Below, piece by piece: positions 12,820-25,461 of a stretch of 64,000 nt of DNA (position 1 is the first letter of the stretch; every line of letters starts with the position of its first letter). The notes below the pieces were generated by a model. That model ran no database searches. It had not been told where the DNA came from and saw only the letters and a list, made by a program, of their open reading frames with translations. Origin of the DNA: Macrostomum lignano (lineage: Eukaryota); the NCBI GenBank assembly GCA_002269645.1, contig NIVC01002168.1:62001-126000 (forward strand), given 5' to 3'. The position numbers were made by a program, and so were the translations under genes.

Positions 12820-13348
12820 GCACTTGGAGCATGCAGGGCCATATGGTACATGTATAACCATGCATTGATTATCTCAATCAGAAATGCACTTCTATAAGAC
12901 TACTAAGCAATGGCTATTTAATTTTTTGATGCTTTATTGTACTTGTACTCAGCTTCGAGAAATTTCCGCGTACACGTAAACACTTTCTATATTAGGCATT
13001 TTGAATTTCAAACAAAGACTAAACAAAAGATCGCCACCGCCTTGCGCCTTAAAGCCTCATTATTTGAATTCGCCACAGCTTAGCTCGATGGTAAAAACCT
13101 ACTTTCTGGTTTGTAAAATCGATCCTCTCTCCTCTCCTTTCTTCTCATCTCTTCTCTCTCCTCTAGCTCTCCACTCTCTAAAATCCTATTTCATCTATCG
13201 TTTTTTCTCCTCTCTTCTCTTTTATTCCTTCGCCTCTCCTTTCTCCTATCTCTCTTCATTCTCTCTCCCCTCCTCAGGCCCACAGTCATGCGCTAGGTTC
13301 TCTATCTGGGCCTTGAGATAAAAAAGTTATAAGTTTAAGTTAACCCCA

Positions 13349-13705
13349 AGGGGCGTCGCCATATGGATTTTATGGTGGGGGGACAAAGCCAAGAGTTCTA
13401 CATGTACATTACTTTCTGAATCGGTGTTGTCAGCGCTCATTTGGCGCCGCAGGCACTCATTTTAGCGCCGCAGGCACTCATTTTAGCGCCGCAGGCACTC
13501 ATTTTAGCGCCGCAGGCACTCATTTTTAGCGCCGCAGGTACTCATTTTAGCGCCGCAGGCACGATATTTTGTCACCCTGAAGCAAAATTATTGATTTTCA
13601 TAATGGGTCATGAGGTTGGGTGGGGGGGAGGGACAAAAGCATTGGTATGTCTTCCCATGACTTTTACTGGGGGGGGGGGGGGGGGGGGGAGACATGTCGT
13701 CTCCT
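13349..13705. mobile_element. Partial hAT-like MITE with internal 21-bp tandem repeat
   Basis: Begins AGGGGCGTCGCCA (hAT-MITE-like terminus), about 5 copies of CACTCATTTTAGCGCCGCAGG at about 13435-13560, poly-G tracts. No matching right TIR or TSD found. Confidence 0.35.
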
Positions 13706-14668
13706 GCTTGCCGAACTTTGCTTGTCGAACTTTTGCTTGTATCAAAGGATAACTCTTTTGATACTCTTTGGGTCTTTAAAATAACAGACAATTTTTTTTT
13801 GCTTTTAGCCTGTTTCTAACAGAAGCACTTGTCAGTAGAAAATAATCAGAAAATAAATAATTTAACATTGTTTTACTGAGTGTAATATACTTTGGTTTGC
13901 TCAGCTCTTATTCTTTTGTATTAAATTTAACAGCCTGTACAAATATTCGCTAATTCGCTGGCTCAGCACAGAACTGTTTCTAGCACTGTGCTGGCTGTGT
14001 CACGAAATCGCACAGTTAGACTGTGTGACCTGTGTCCTAACTGCTTTTATTAGCTGGCATACGCTATTTTTAGAGTTTTTCTTTTAGCCCAATTTTATTT
14101 GCTTTTATAATATATAAAAATAATTATATCGTATGCCATGGTGATGTGATGTATTCTGAAACAGTCACTTCATGTACTTAGTTTTTACACTACAGACCTT
14201 TCCTTATCAATCTAATCGCTAACTAGTTCTGGAATAGTAGTAATCTTTTCATAAAAATAGTATAGTAATTAACCATACAATCCTGGGCTGATTACAAATC
14301 TTTTGGCGAAAACGCGATCAAAATCGGTGAAGAATTGCAATCTCTAGAGCGTTATGGACAAACATATAAATATTAGAGATTTAGTATATTTAGATTTAGA
14401 TAGAAGATTAGAAGTAGGCCAAGGCAATCATTATTTGCACAGTACCATGTCATTGTCATTATTGCAAGTGTTATTTACCTTACCTGTACTATATATGCCT
14501 GAATAGTACTGGAATTATTATGTAACATGGTAACTAAAAAAAATTAAAAATATTTATCTTTTATTTTTATGACAAGTTGATACTAACTAAAGGTAAATAA
14601 AGTGTATATGTGATTTATGCTAAGTGCCAATTGAGCTAGGCCTAACCTAAGTAGATGTAAGGTTTTCT

Positions 14669-15229
14669 GGCGATTTTCCTCTTTCGTTCGTTAAATTATT
14701 TTTTCGACAGAAACAAGTTGTGACTACTGAGTAATGTCAGAAAACGACAGTAATGGGATGCTAGGACTTAAATTTTTCTCGGAAAGTTGGATGGAGTTGT
14801 TTAACTAAAGACAAACGGTAATGGTAAACGACATGTAACGACAGTAAACAACAACAATAGGGCAGCGAGGGACGCAGTTGTCCAGGAGGGACGATGAATG
14901 TAGGTGCCGCTGGGCGCCCAGCCATGTTGCAGTTCGAGTAAAATTTAATAAAATTTAACAAGTGAAGACTCAATGCGATAAGTCAAAGCTCATGCGAGAG
15001 TGGGAAGGGGAGCAAGGAGCGAGTGCAAGCTGCTGCCTATACTCCGCCACGAACCGAGTAGGTGAGTAGTGCCATAGACATGTGTCAGCAGCAACCCCAT
15101 GTCCTTTCCACTACTGCCACATCATTTTTTCAATACGCACAATTTCAAATGCTGCCACGTCACTTTTTCGCGTCTACGCACCGATTCAAATCGAAAAAAT
15201 AATTTAACGAACGAAGGAGGAAAATCGCC
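14669..15229. mobile_element. MITE with 39-bp TIRs and 8-bp TSD (Merlin-like by terminal GG and TSD length)
   Basis: 14669-14707 GGCGATTTTCCTCTTTCGTTCGTTAAATTATTTTTTCGA is the reverse complement of 15191-15229 with one mismatch; GGTTTTCT flanks both sides (14661-14668, 15230-15237). Confidence 0.85.
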
Positions 15230-15446
15230 GGTTTTCTCTTTTTAAATCTATCTGTTGGCTAGGAAATGAGGGTGGAAATGTAGAGTAAGATAGGAGCCAT
15301 ACTCAGGAAGGTGTACATTATAGCAAAAAAATCCAGTGCATATAAAAAAATATATACAAAATAGCACATATGGAATACAGTAAAAGTCTAATAGAAAATT
15401 TTTAATTTAATGTATAGTAGGCCTAGCATATATAGACCAAGCAAAA

Positions 15447-15721
15447 CATACATGCGCAACTGCTGGCTGACCTGGCCGATCTGGCCACCGTAAAATGTGG
15501 TGGACCAGGGGTAAATCGCAAAAATGCCACCCCAAAGAATATGGACATAGTACTAATTAGATGCTGAGGCATTTAAGCCTGATAAGACAGTCATAGTTAC
15601 TCCTGCCGTTTACCCAAATAAGCAAGGGTTTGCTTTAGGGTTTCTTTCACAGGTAAGTTGCATTTTTGGTCAAAAAGTAAGTTGCATGGCCAGTGTAAAT
15701 CAGGGGGGTTGCGCATGTATG
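15447..15721. mobile_element. hAT-type MITE family A, copy 1
   Basis: 14-bp TIR CATACATGCGCAAC...GTTGCGCATGTATG; 8-bp TSD AAGCAAAA (15439-15446, 15722-15729). Confidence 0.9.
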
Positions 15722-18067
15722 AAGCAAAAGCTGATAAAAAAATTTAGCTCACAATAGGTGGCCTACCTAAAACATAGCCATAGGGCTTAATAACCTAAAA
15801 ATGAATAGTTTAATTCTAAATAGAATTTTACTATTATTATAAAGCTTTAGTTGATTTTTTGATAGTTTTCATTGATAATATAAGCTAAAATAAAGCATAG
15901 TTTTAAAACTAAAACTAAAATTTAAAAACTAAAACTAAAAATTTTAAATTTTAAATTAAAAATGCTTATAAAAAGTTTAAAAAATTATTTTTAATATTTC
16001 AATTTTTTTTTAATCTAGATTTTATTAGATTTTAAGTAGACATTGATATTCTAGCTATTATATATGTCAATAAATAAATATAGGCTTTGGCATACAAATT
16101 AGAGCTTTCTGCACAATGCACCAAAAATATGTTGAAATAATAAAATATTCCTATTCTCCTAAATGTAAAATGAGGCTATCCAACAATCTTTTTGTTGATT
16201 AAAGTGTTGCAAAAGTTAGTTTCTTTGAATATAATTTAAATATAATAAAGCGCTAATCTACAATCAAAACTATGGACTAGGCCGAGTTTAGACATGCCAT
16301 TAGAAAAAAAGGTTAAAAGAAAGAAAGAAAGAAATAATATATAACGACTATAGATTTAAAATAACATATTTTCTTATGTCTGAAAATTATTAAAAAAGAA
16401 ACAAATTATTGATATTTTTTAATCAAGTTTATTAAGTTCTTTCTATTGTCTTGATATTACTTGTATATCTTGAAATAGTTTGTTAATATGATAGAACATA
16501 TAGTGTTTTAACAATATTAACAAAGGTATTGTATTAGTTTTTTATTCTATTCCTTTCTTACCCCTTTTTCTTAGTAGACAAATGAACTGGAAACCATTTA
16601 TGTCGATTTATAATGTAGTTATTAATATTAATTATGCAATGTAAAAAGGGTATTTACAAAAAAATTAGACACATTTGCCTTTAAATGATAGACTATGGTA
16701 AATCAATGTAACCAGACTATAGTTTAAATATATTACCATATATTACACTAGTATTTATTTTAGTTACTGTATAAATAGTGATAGTATTATTTATACAATA
16801 TTTAATAAGTAATACTAGCAATATTTACATGGCATTATGCAAATAAAAAGTGTTTCTAATTAAGCATTAGAGTGGTCTAGTCTTGTTATCATAAATAAAC
16901 CTAATGAATTGTCATTGACCCTCAGTTAAAGTATTGGCATAGTCTTAGGTATTTTCATAGCATTAATTAGATTATGACATTTAACTATCTTAAGATGATC
17001 ATAGTTATTTTTTGCTATTCATTCATTTAGTCTTAGGCTTAGTCTTATAAAATTATAAGTAGACTTTTATTATGCCTTATTAGCAATCATAGTATTATTG
17101 TTATTACAATAACTATTATAAATAATAGCCATAAAGACTTCGTAAGGGTGCCATGATTTGCCAATATGTATTTGTAAAACTTAGAAGGCAAATTTTAGTA
17201 AAAGGGAAGTTTTTTTGCAAATACTCAACTTTGCCATATAAATTTACTTCCACATTTAATTATTCTGTTGAAAATTATAGTCTATTCAGTTAAAAGATCA
17301 ATATTATAATAGATTCAATAAAAAGATTGGTAATAGATTATTAATTTCCAACCAACTAGTAAAACTGGTATACTAGTAGTCATATAGGTAAAAAAAGCAA
17401 TAACAAACAGTAGTTATAGGTATAAAAATAGATGGCTTACCATGGTTTCAGTCTGGGTTTTTTGTGTCTTAGGCATACGATGACATGTCAAAATAAAAAA
17501 TGGCATAATGATTGTAATGCTGTTATGCCAAAATGGCATAATGATTTTTTGTTATTATGCCATTGCCAAATTGCCAATGCTGAATCCCCAATTCCAAATT
17601 TCAGTTTTGCTTTTAAATTTGTTCAAATATTACCTTGTGACAGTTTCATGACTTACAACTTGCACTTTGTAATCAATCGAAAGTTGCATTTCATTATATT
17701 ATATTAGATTATTATATTATATTTAAAAGTAAATATAAAAGTTTAATAGCAAAACATCCACTTTTTTCAAATCTCCCTTTTATGCATATTTGTAAGTCAC
17801 AAGACCCTCTTTAAAGTCCCTGCAAATAATGCCTTATCTAAGTTATTCCAAATACTGCTTGACATTAGTAACAGCTTTGGTCAATTGCAATAGTGTAGGA
17901 TAATTTGTTTACAGTGTATTCACATGGTCTTTTTTCAGTCAAGCTATTTATAATTTATAAGCACCTAATTTTATAAGTTTTTTTGCTTTCCTGAATGCAT
18001 TGTTCTTCACAGTTCTGCTTTTGAACTGCTTTGAACTGAACGTTTAATAGTCTTCTTTAACTAAAAA

Positions 18068-21000
18068 ATGAGCTTTGGACGCGGCCAGCTTGGTCGTGGC
18101 CTGCTTATCGGGCTGGCTAAGGAGTCAGACACTTCTAACCCTAGTGCTGCTGCCCAGCAGCCCTCTATAGGCCGGGCCAGGTCTACTGCAGCGCCTCAGG
18201 AAGCTGGCGTGTCGGCAGCTGCCACGCCTGGACCCGCTGCGCCTGCGTTTGGACGCGGCATCTCCGCATTCGGCCGGGGCGCCGTTCCACAGCCAAGTGG
18301 AGACTCGGCGGCTACTAGCGGCGCCGTTCCATCAGCCGCTTCCACGTTTGGTCGCGGCTTTGGCCGTGGCGGAGTTCCCCCGGCCGCGGCAGCAGCGACC
18401 GCCGCTTTGCCAGAGGCAATGAGCCGCATGAGCGTTCAGGGCGCGCCTACCCAGCATCCGGCGGCCGCCGCGGCTCGGCCTGAGCGGACCCGGCGACCTC
18501 AAATCGGACGCGTCGGTCCGGAAGACAAGACTGGCAAGACTGGCCAGCGAGTCACTGTTGGGACTAATTTTCTGCGCGTTGAAGGAGCGGACACGATGGT
18601 GTATCAGTACAGCATCACCTTCAATCCTAGTGTCGACTCCAGGATGCAGCGGGACAGGCTGGTGCTGTCTATCCAGGATCCGGAGTTCCAGAAGATTCCT
18701 GGCCGAGTTCCGTCCGGGAACAGTTTGTACACTAACAGGCCTCTGCCCAGGGAGAGCGCCGTTTACCAGGCCGCCTCGGGCAACATGAGGGTTGCGGTGC
18801 AGTTGCAACTAGTTGGCACGGCTACCCTATCCAGCCTGCCCAGCGTCTACAACATTATTTTTCGCTCTATTCAAGCTCGGATGGACCTGATTGAAGTCCG
18901 TAGACATTATTATAATCCACACGCTGGCGAACGAGTCCCTGGTCACCAAATGGAGGTGAGTTGTTTTAGAATTTTTTAATTTATTATCAAATCCTGTTTA
19001 ATTGATTTAATATTTCCCTGCAGGTCTGGCCTGGCTACATCACCTCCGTGAGCCACGTTGACGGCGGCCTCCGCCTCATGATCGAGTCCAGCCACCGAGT
19101 AGTGCGCTCTCAGACTGTCTACGACTTGTTCCAGTCTGTCGGGACGAGCCTCTCCAACATGACAGACGCCATTGTTGGCACGTCGGTTGTGACCCGCTAC
19201 AATAATAAGATCATGCGCGTTGACCAGGTAGAGACTTCAATGGACTGCACGCACACGTTTGAGCGGAATGGCACGCAGATGTCGTTCCTAGATTATTATA
19301 GACAAGCGTACAACATTGAGATCCAGGATCCGCAGCAGCCTCTGCTAATTAGCCGGTCCAAGCCTGTCCGCGGCAAGGATGGCAAAACTCTAGAACAGCG
19401 CCAGATCTGCCTGGTGCCAGAGCTTTGCTACGTAACCGGCCTAACCGATGCGATGCGGCGAGATTTTCGCCTTATGCGCGACCTGGCCAAGTTCACCAAG
19501 GTTAGTGGCATTGCTGTGTTTTGTTCCCATAATAGTTTAGTCTGAGTTGAGAAAGGCTCCTGCGGCACCAGAATTCGTTTGTACTTTAAATTCTCCAACC
19601 TTCTCCATTCAGCTGTCCCCGGACCGCCGCCTGATGGAGCTGCGCAAATTCGTCCAGACCATCAACAACCGGCCGGAGTGTCGCCAGCTGCTGGACGCCT
19701 GGGGCCTGCGCCTGCTGGAGGAGCCGGAGGTGGTGCCCGCCCGCCGCTTTGTCAACGAGCGGGTGCTGTTCGGAGGCGGAGGCCGCGGCCCATTCGCCCC
19801 CGTGCCGGTCGGCCAGACCAGCGAGTTCAAGCGGGCCCTGGCCGACAACCGGGTGCTGATTGACGGCAAGCTGCTGAAGTGGCTGGTGGTCTATCCGGCC
19901 AGGGAGGAGCGGACCATCGCCTCGTTCTGCGAGACCATGATGAAGAAATGCCGTGCCATGGGCATCACAGTTGCCCAGCCCAGCACCGTAGCCCTGCCGA
20001 ATGACAGCTCCGGTCAGTACCAGCAGGCCATCAAGCAGCACTTCACCACGGACCTGAATCTGGTCTGCGCCGTGTTCACCTCTCAGCGCGAGGAACGATA
20101 TAACATGGTGAAGAGACTGTGCTGCACCGAGCTGGTGGTCCCCAGCCAGTGCCTGTGGACCAAGACTATCGGCGACCCCAAGAAGATGGGCAGCGTGGCC
20201 GTCAACGTTGCCGCCCAGATTAACGTCAAGCTCGGCGGCGCCCTGTGGGGCATCGAAATTCCCTACGATCGATTCATGGTGAGCAAAATTCCTACTGCAA
20301 ATTTAGCTAATTTTTATTGCACACCCTGCAAACTTTCCGCGATTCAAGAGCCTAAAAGCGAAGAATAAGAGTTCCAAATGCTTGAGAATCAGCATACTAT
20401 CTATATGGCGGGTCTACGACAATTAACTGCCCATGACATTAGACTGCCAATCTATCTCTAACCTTAAACCTAACTCTAGTTAAAGTTAGTTCTAGTATGG
20501 TTCTAGTTAAAACCATACATACCCAACTTAGAAATTCCACCCAGCCGTGCAACTTACTTTTTTAACCAAAAATGCAACTTACCTATAAAAGAAACTAACG
20601 TAATTTTAAGTAAACGGCGGGAGTAACTAGCTGTATTATTAAGGCAAAATGCCTCGTCATCTGATTATTACTACTGTTCTTTTTGGGTCGGCGTTTCTGC
20701 GACTAACCTTGGCCAGATCTCTCGCCACCTAGCTGAATTGGCCGGGTGTTGCGCATGTATAATTAAACTTAACCTAATTCCAAACCCTAACCTAAACATG
20801 AACCTTTACTCTAACCCCAACCCAAACCTAGATTGTGGACAGCCAAGCCATTAGCAGTCAAATGACACTATCCACCATGTGACGCTTATTTCTAGTTATG
20901 AGGAATCCAATTCCCATCCTCATTCGCTCCCACAGATGCTCGGAATTGATGTCTACCACGCCGACAAAGCGCGCACCACGTCCTACACTGGCATAGTAGC

Positions 21001-22896
21001 CTCTGTGGACCAGGCCTGCACTCGCTGGTACTCGCGAGTTGCCACCCAGCGCCACGGACAGGAGATCCTGGACTCGATGCGTGTTATTGTGCAAAGCCAG
21101 ATAGCGAAATACATGCAGACTGTCGGCGCTCCGCCCAACGTCATCTTTGTCTTTCGCGACGGCGTTTCCGATAAGCAGATCGGCGAAGTGCAGCAGCAAG
21201 AAGTCAAGGCTATATATGCCGCTATCCGAGGCTACGACCCGAGCTACCGGCCCAAGCTGGTGTTTATGGTTGTCCAGAAGAGGATCAACCAGCGCCTGTT
21301 CCTGCTTCAGGGCAACAACTTTTCAAATCCGCCGCCAGGTATGATGATGCACTTCAACTATTTTGATAGCAACATCCTGAAGCCTACCTTAGCTTGTCAC
21401 TGTTTTATAAACGTTGCCCTAAATTGTAAAGAAAATGTTTTTTTAAGAATTGCGGCATGGCTGACCTCTGATGAATTTAAAATTCTCCAAATATTATCCA
21501 GAGAAATTCTCCAAATATTAACCAGATAAACTCTCCAAATATTATCCAGAGAAATTCTCCAAATATTAACCAGAGAAATTCTCCAAATATTATCCAGAGA
21601 AATTCTCCAAATATTATCCAGAGAAATTCTCCAAATATTATCCAGAGAAATTCTCCAAATATTATCCAGAGAAATTCTCCAAATATTAACCTGAGAAATT
21701 CTCCAAATATTAACCAGAGAAATTCTCCAAATATTGCCCTAAGAAATTCTCCAAATATTGCCCTAAGAAATTCTCCAAATATTAACCTGAGAAATTCTCC
21801 AAATATTGCCCTAAGAAATTCTCCAAATATTAACCAGAGAAATTCTCCAAATATTAACCAGAGAAATTCTCCAAATATTGCCTTAAGAAATTCTCCAAAT
21901 ATTAACCAGAGAAATTCTCCAAATATTAACCAGAGAAATTCTCCAAATATTAACCAGATAAACTCTCCAAATATTAACCAGATAAACTCTCCAAATATTA
22001 ACCAGAGAAATTCTCCAAATATTATCCAGAGAAATTCTCCAAATATTATCCAGAGAAATTTCCAAATATTATCCTGAGAAATTCTCCAAATATTATCCAG
22101 AGAAATTCTCCAAATATTATCCAGAGAAATTCTCCAAATATTATCCAGAGAAATTCTCCAAATATTAACCAGAGAAATTCTCCAAATTTTATCCAGAGAA
22201 ATTCTCCAAATATTATCCAGAGAAATTCTCCAAATATTATCCAGAGAAATTCTCCAAATATTATCCTGAGAAATTCTTCAAATATTGCCCTAAGAAATTC
22301 TCCAAATATTAACCAGAGAAATTCTCCAAATATTATCCAGAGAAATTTCCAAATATTATCCAGAGAAATTCTCCAAATATTATCCAGAGAAATTCTCCAA
22401 ATATTATCCAGAGAAATTTCCAAATATTATCCAGAGAAATTCTCCAAATATTAACCAGAGAAATTCTCCAAATATTGCCCTGAAAAATTCTCCAAATATT
22501 ATCCAGAAAAATTCTCCATGTATTGCCCTGAGAAATTCTCCAAATATTGCCCTGTTCGCTCTAAGCCACTTCTATTCTCCCACTCGCCCCGCAGGCACTG
22601 TGCTCGACCACTCTATCACACGGCCCGAGATGATGGACTTCTTTCTCGTGCCTCAGCATGTGACCCAGGGCACGGTCACGCCAACTCACTACATCGTGGT
22701 CGAGTGCGCTGGCGACATTCCAGTTGATGAGATTCAGCAGCTCACATTCCGGAGCTGCCATCTGTACTACAACTGGGCCGGCTCAATCCGCGTGCCCGCC
22801 CCGTGCCAGTACGCGCACAAACTGGTCTATATGGTGGGCCAGAATATTGCCACAGAGCCAGCTGAGGCTATCTGCGATCGGCTGTTTTACCTGTGA
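18068..22896 (+). CDS. piwi: Piwi-clade Argonaute, about 911 aa. Exons 18068-18955, 19024-19500, 19613-20278, 20936-21338, 22595-22896
   Basis: N-terminal (F)GRG repeats; VWPGYITSV; PAZ (YNNK..R...SFLDYY...YNIEIQD.QQPLL...LVPELC); MID (RYNMVK...PSQC...QINVKLGG); PIWI (GIDVYH, QEILD, FRDGV, GTV.D, PTHY, CHLYYNWAGSIRVPAPCQYAHKL, terminal LFYL). All introns GT-AG and phases close without frameshift. Confidence 0.97.
20514..20761. mobile_element. hAT-type MITE family A, copy 2 (inverted, degraded) in piwi intron 3
   Basis: Reverse-complement similarity to copies 1 and 3 (GCAACTTAC...AAAAATGCAACTTAC, GTAAACGGCGGGAGTAACTA, AATGCCTCGTC); right TIR GTTGCGCATGTAT intact, left TIR and TSD degenerate. 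Confidence 0.8.
21480..22552. repeat. 24-bp minisatellite in piwi intron 4 (ATTCTCCAAATATTATCCAGAGAA)
   Basis: About 44 copies, ending about 40 nt before the exon 5 acceptor. Confidence 0.95.
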
Positions 22897-25461
22897 AGCC
22901 GGTGTGCGACGCTGATTTGGTCAGTAACTGTTGCGTGAATTTGCCGTCAGGTATTTATTTGTTCGTTTGTTTTGCTCGCTTTTTTAAAGAGAGGCTCACT
23001 GTTTTAGCGTGTAGCAGCGTGCGTGTCTGTAGCTTGAGCATTTACTGGCAAACTACTTAACTCAGTAGTCCAGTAGTGCATGTGGATAAAATTTACTTTT
23101 ATTTATTTAAACTGCGTACAGAATGCACTGGAAAAGTCCAGGCCATGCACTGTGCGCTGCTACGCTCGTAGTCCGATTGTATTTTATTTTTAAGCGATTG
23201 GCTTGTAATAATCGGCCAAGCTCTCTTCAGCTATGCTTTGGCTGTTAATTTTATTTTCATCTGAATATCTACTCCAGTTTTTCACAAGCTGTTGAGCCTA
23301 CTCATTAATAAGCGTTTGTGTTTTAATAAAATCTAACCATTTTTTCTCTGGTTGCTTTCATGTGTAATAATCGAACTGCGCTGCTTCCATGCTATTAGCT
23401 TGTTTATTTGAAACGTTTTGCTTTAAAAAAAGCAACGCCTCTACTGTTTTTATAAGCTGTCTGTTCTCCACGTTCTCTGCTAAACACATTGGGCTGCTTC
23501 ACTGTTTTGAAATTTGGATAATAAATTCATTGAGAATTTGCTTACGGCCCCTGTCAGATCCTATCCTGATTAAGATTCTGTACATTACAGTACGATTATG
23601 TTATTAAGCATCCGAAAGCGAAACAGCCACCAAAGTAACTCGTATTTCCAAGTGCTCAGGAAACAGGCATAGCTATAGTACAAGCCCCAAGATTACTGGA
23701 CAACCGTCTGTCTGCATTTGTTATTAAACGGCTGCAATGCATTTTATGCATCGCTCATTTGTTTTTTTACGTTTCAGTTTAAGCGTATTCTGCCAATATA
23801 CGCACAATTCTATGCTTTAACAAATATTTAGCAAAATCAGCACCTTCCAATTTGCGTGTATATTAATATTTTAGCATCGTAACGTACTAGCTTTTGTTTT
23901 TTCAATTAGAAACCGATCAGCCGAAGAAGCATTTTCATTCTTGTTTCGTGTTGCAAGAGTCACTTTTTCTTTCCTTTAAACTATACTACGAAACGATCGG
24001 TGTATTTATACTGCATATTCACGAGTTGCGCAGAAGAATATTAACATCTTTATGTGTTCATTTGTAATTCAAATAAAATAGTCAAAATAATAATATTAAT
24101 ATAATAGTCACTGTTACCTATAATTTTATGCTTTTTCTTATCTTAACTTTTCGTTATTCTTATTGGGTTAGTCATCAAAAAATGACTAGCATGCTCAGTA
24201 TCTGAGTAGCTAGAAGTAGTATTTTTCTTCATAAATCTATAGCTTCATTACAAAACCATATGGCAGAATTCCTTTAATTCCGAAGTACATTTTAAAGCCT
24301 AGGTGTGCATGTGAATAGGACTGAGTTAAAATGATCCCTTGGCCCTTTATTGAGTTCGGATCACCAAATTTCAAGAAGCCTGGTGAATTGCTTGCAACTT
24401 TATTATCAAAACTGCTATAGCTACATGTATATTGCGCTGTTAGTCGACCGAATTTACCGATTCAATGCACAAATATGAAATATGGCTGTGTATAAATGCT
24501 CCTGAATCTGATAGTCACGTCACGGTTTTTTGAGTGAGGCTACACCACTCGCTGTAGTGGCCAAGTGGCACTTACCAGCACGGCCTGATCGAGGGAATGT
24601 ACACTACGTGCAATGCGTACCTGTACTGTACAAACTACTACGCACGATAATGATCGATACGCAGCGTAATCACTCGAAACCCTGCACCCCTTAACATCGT
24701 GGAGCTCACAGTAGTAAGTCATCATCACACGTAATTAAATGTATTAAATGTTCGGATCGAGGGATTAGAATATAATTATGTGTGACTCTGTGACCTGCGG
24801 TCGAGATTGTCAAACGTGTCCGATCCTAAGAACCGCTTTTAATAGGGAACCAGCCCCATTCTTTTTTCACCCAAAAGAAACAAGCTCCTGATTTCACGAT
24901 ACAATTAAAATTGAGATTAAAGATCGATAGTACAAACAAAACATATTCTGTTGTATACTGTACATGTTACTCGTGTACATGTGCAATAAATTAATGTTTA
25001 TTGAATACATGTTTAGAAAATGAAGCAGGCAAGCAATGTATTTTGTCAGCCCTAAGTTAACACCAAATAAATTTTATTTTTTCTTCCAGTTTGCTATTAA
25101 GCCCCATGTAGCCCCTGATATTTTGTGTGCCGTTATCTTCTTCGAAATTTAGTTATCCTGAATATGTCGGTTCTACGAACCCTATTTACTTAGATTTACT
25201 GACTTTATAAGTACATGCAAATGAGTTAAGAATTTGGTATTGGGGATAATGCCAATGGTTGTGAATATAGTAGTTTTTAGTCTTGAGTAAAAATGTGTTG
25301 TGCATTACTTTGGTCGTTTTTAACGAACCTTTCTAACCCTTCCAAGAAACTCTAGTCAAAAAGCATCATCTCGACATCTCGAGTTCTTTCTTCAGGTCGA
25401 ATTTTGACTGGTTGGTATGGTAATTGTTGTTGGCAATTGTTTTAAAGACTTCTTTTAGTAA

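Noticed and set aside
11392-12868. Plus-strand ORFs overlapping the RTE
   Set aside because: Antisense shadows of a GC-rich coding sequence with no recognizable motifs.
20455-20832. Telomeric (CCCTAA)n-like repeats flanking the piwi intron MITE
   Set aside because: Highly degenerate with only one or two exact hexamers; cannot support an interstitial telomere call.
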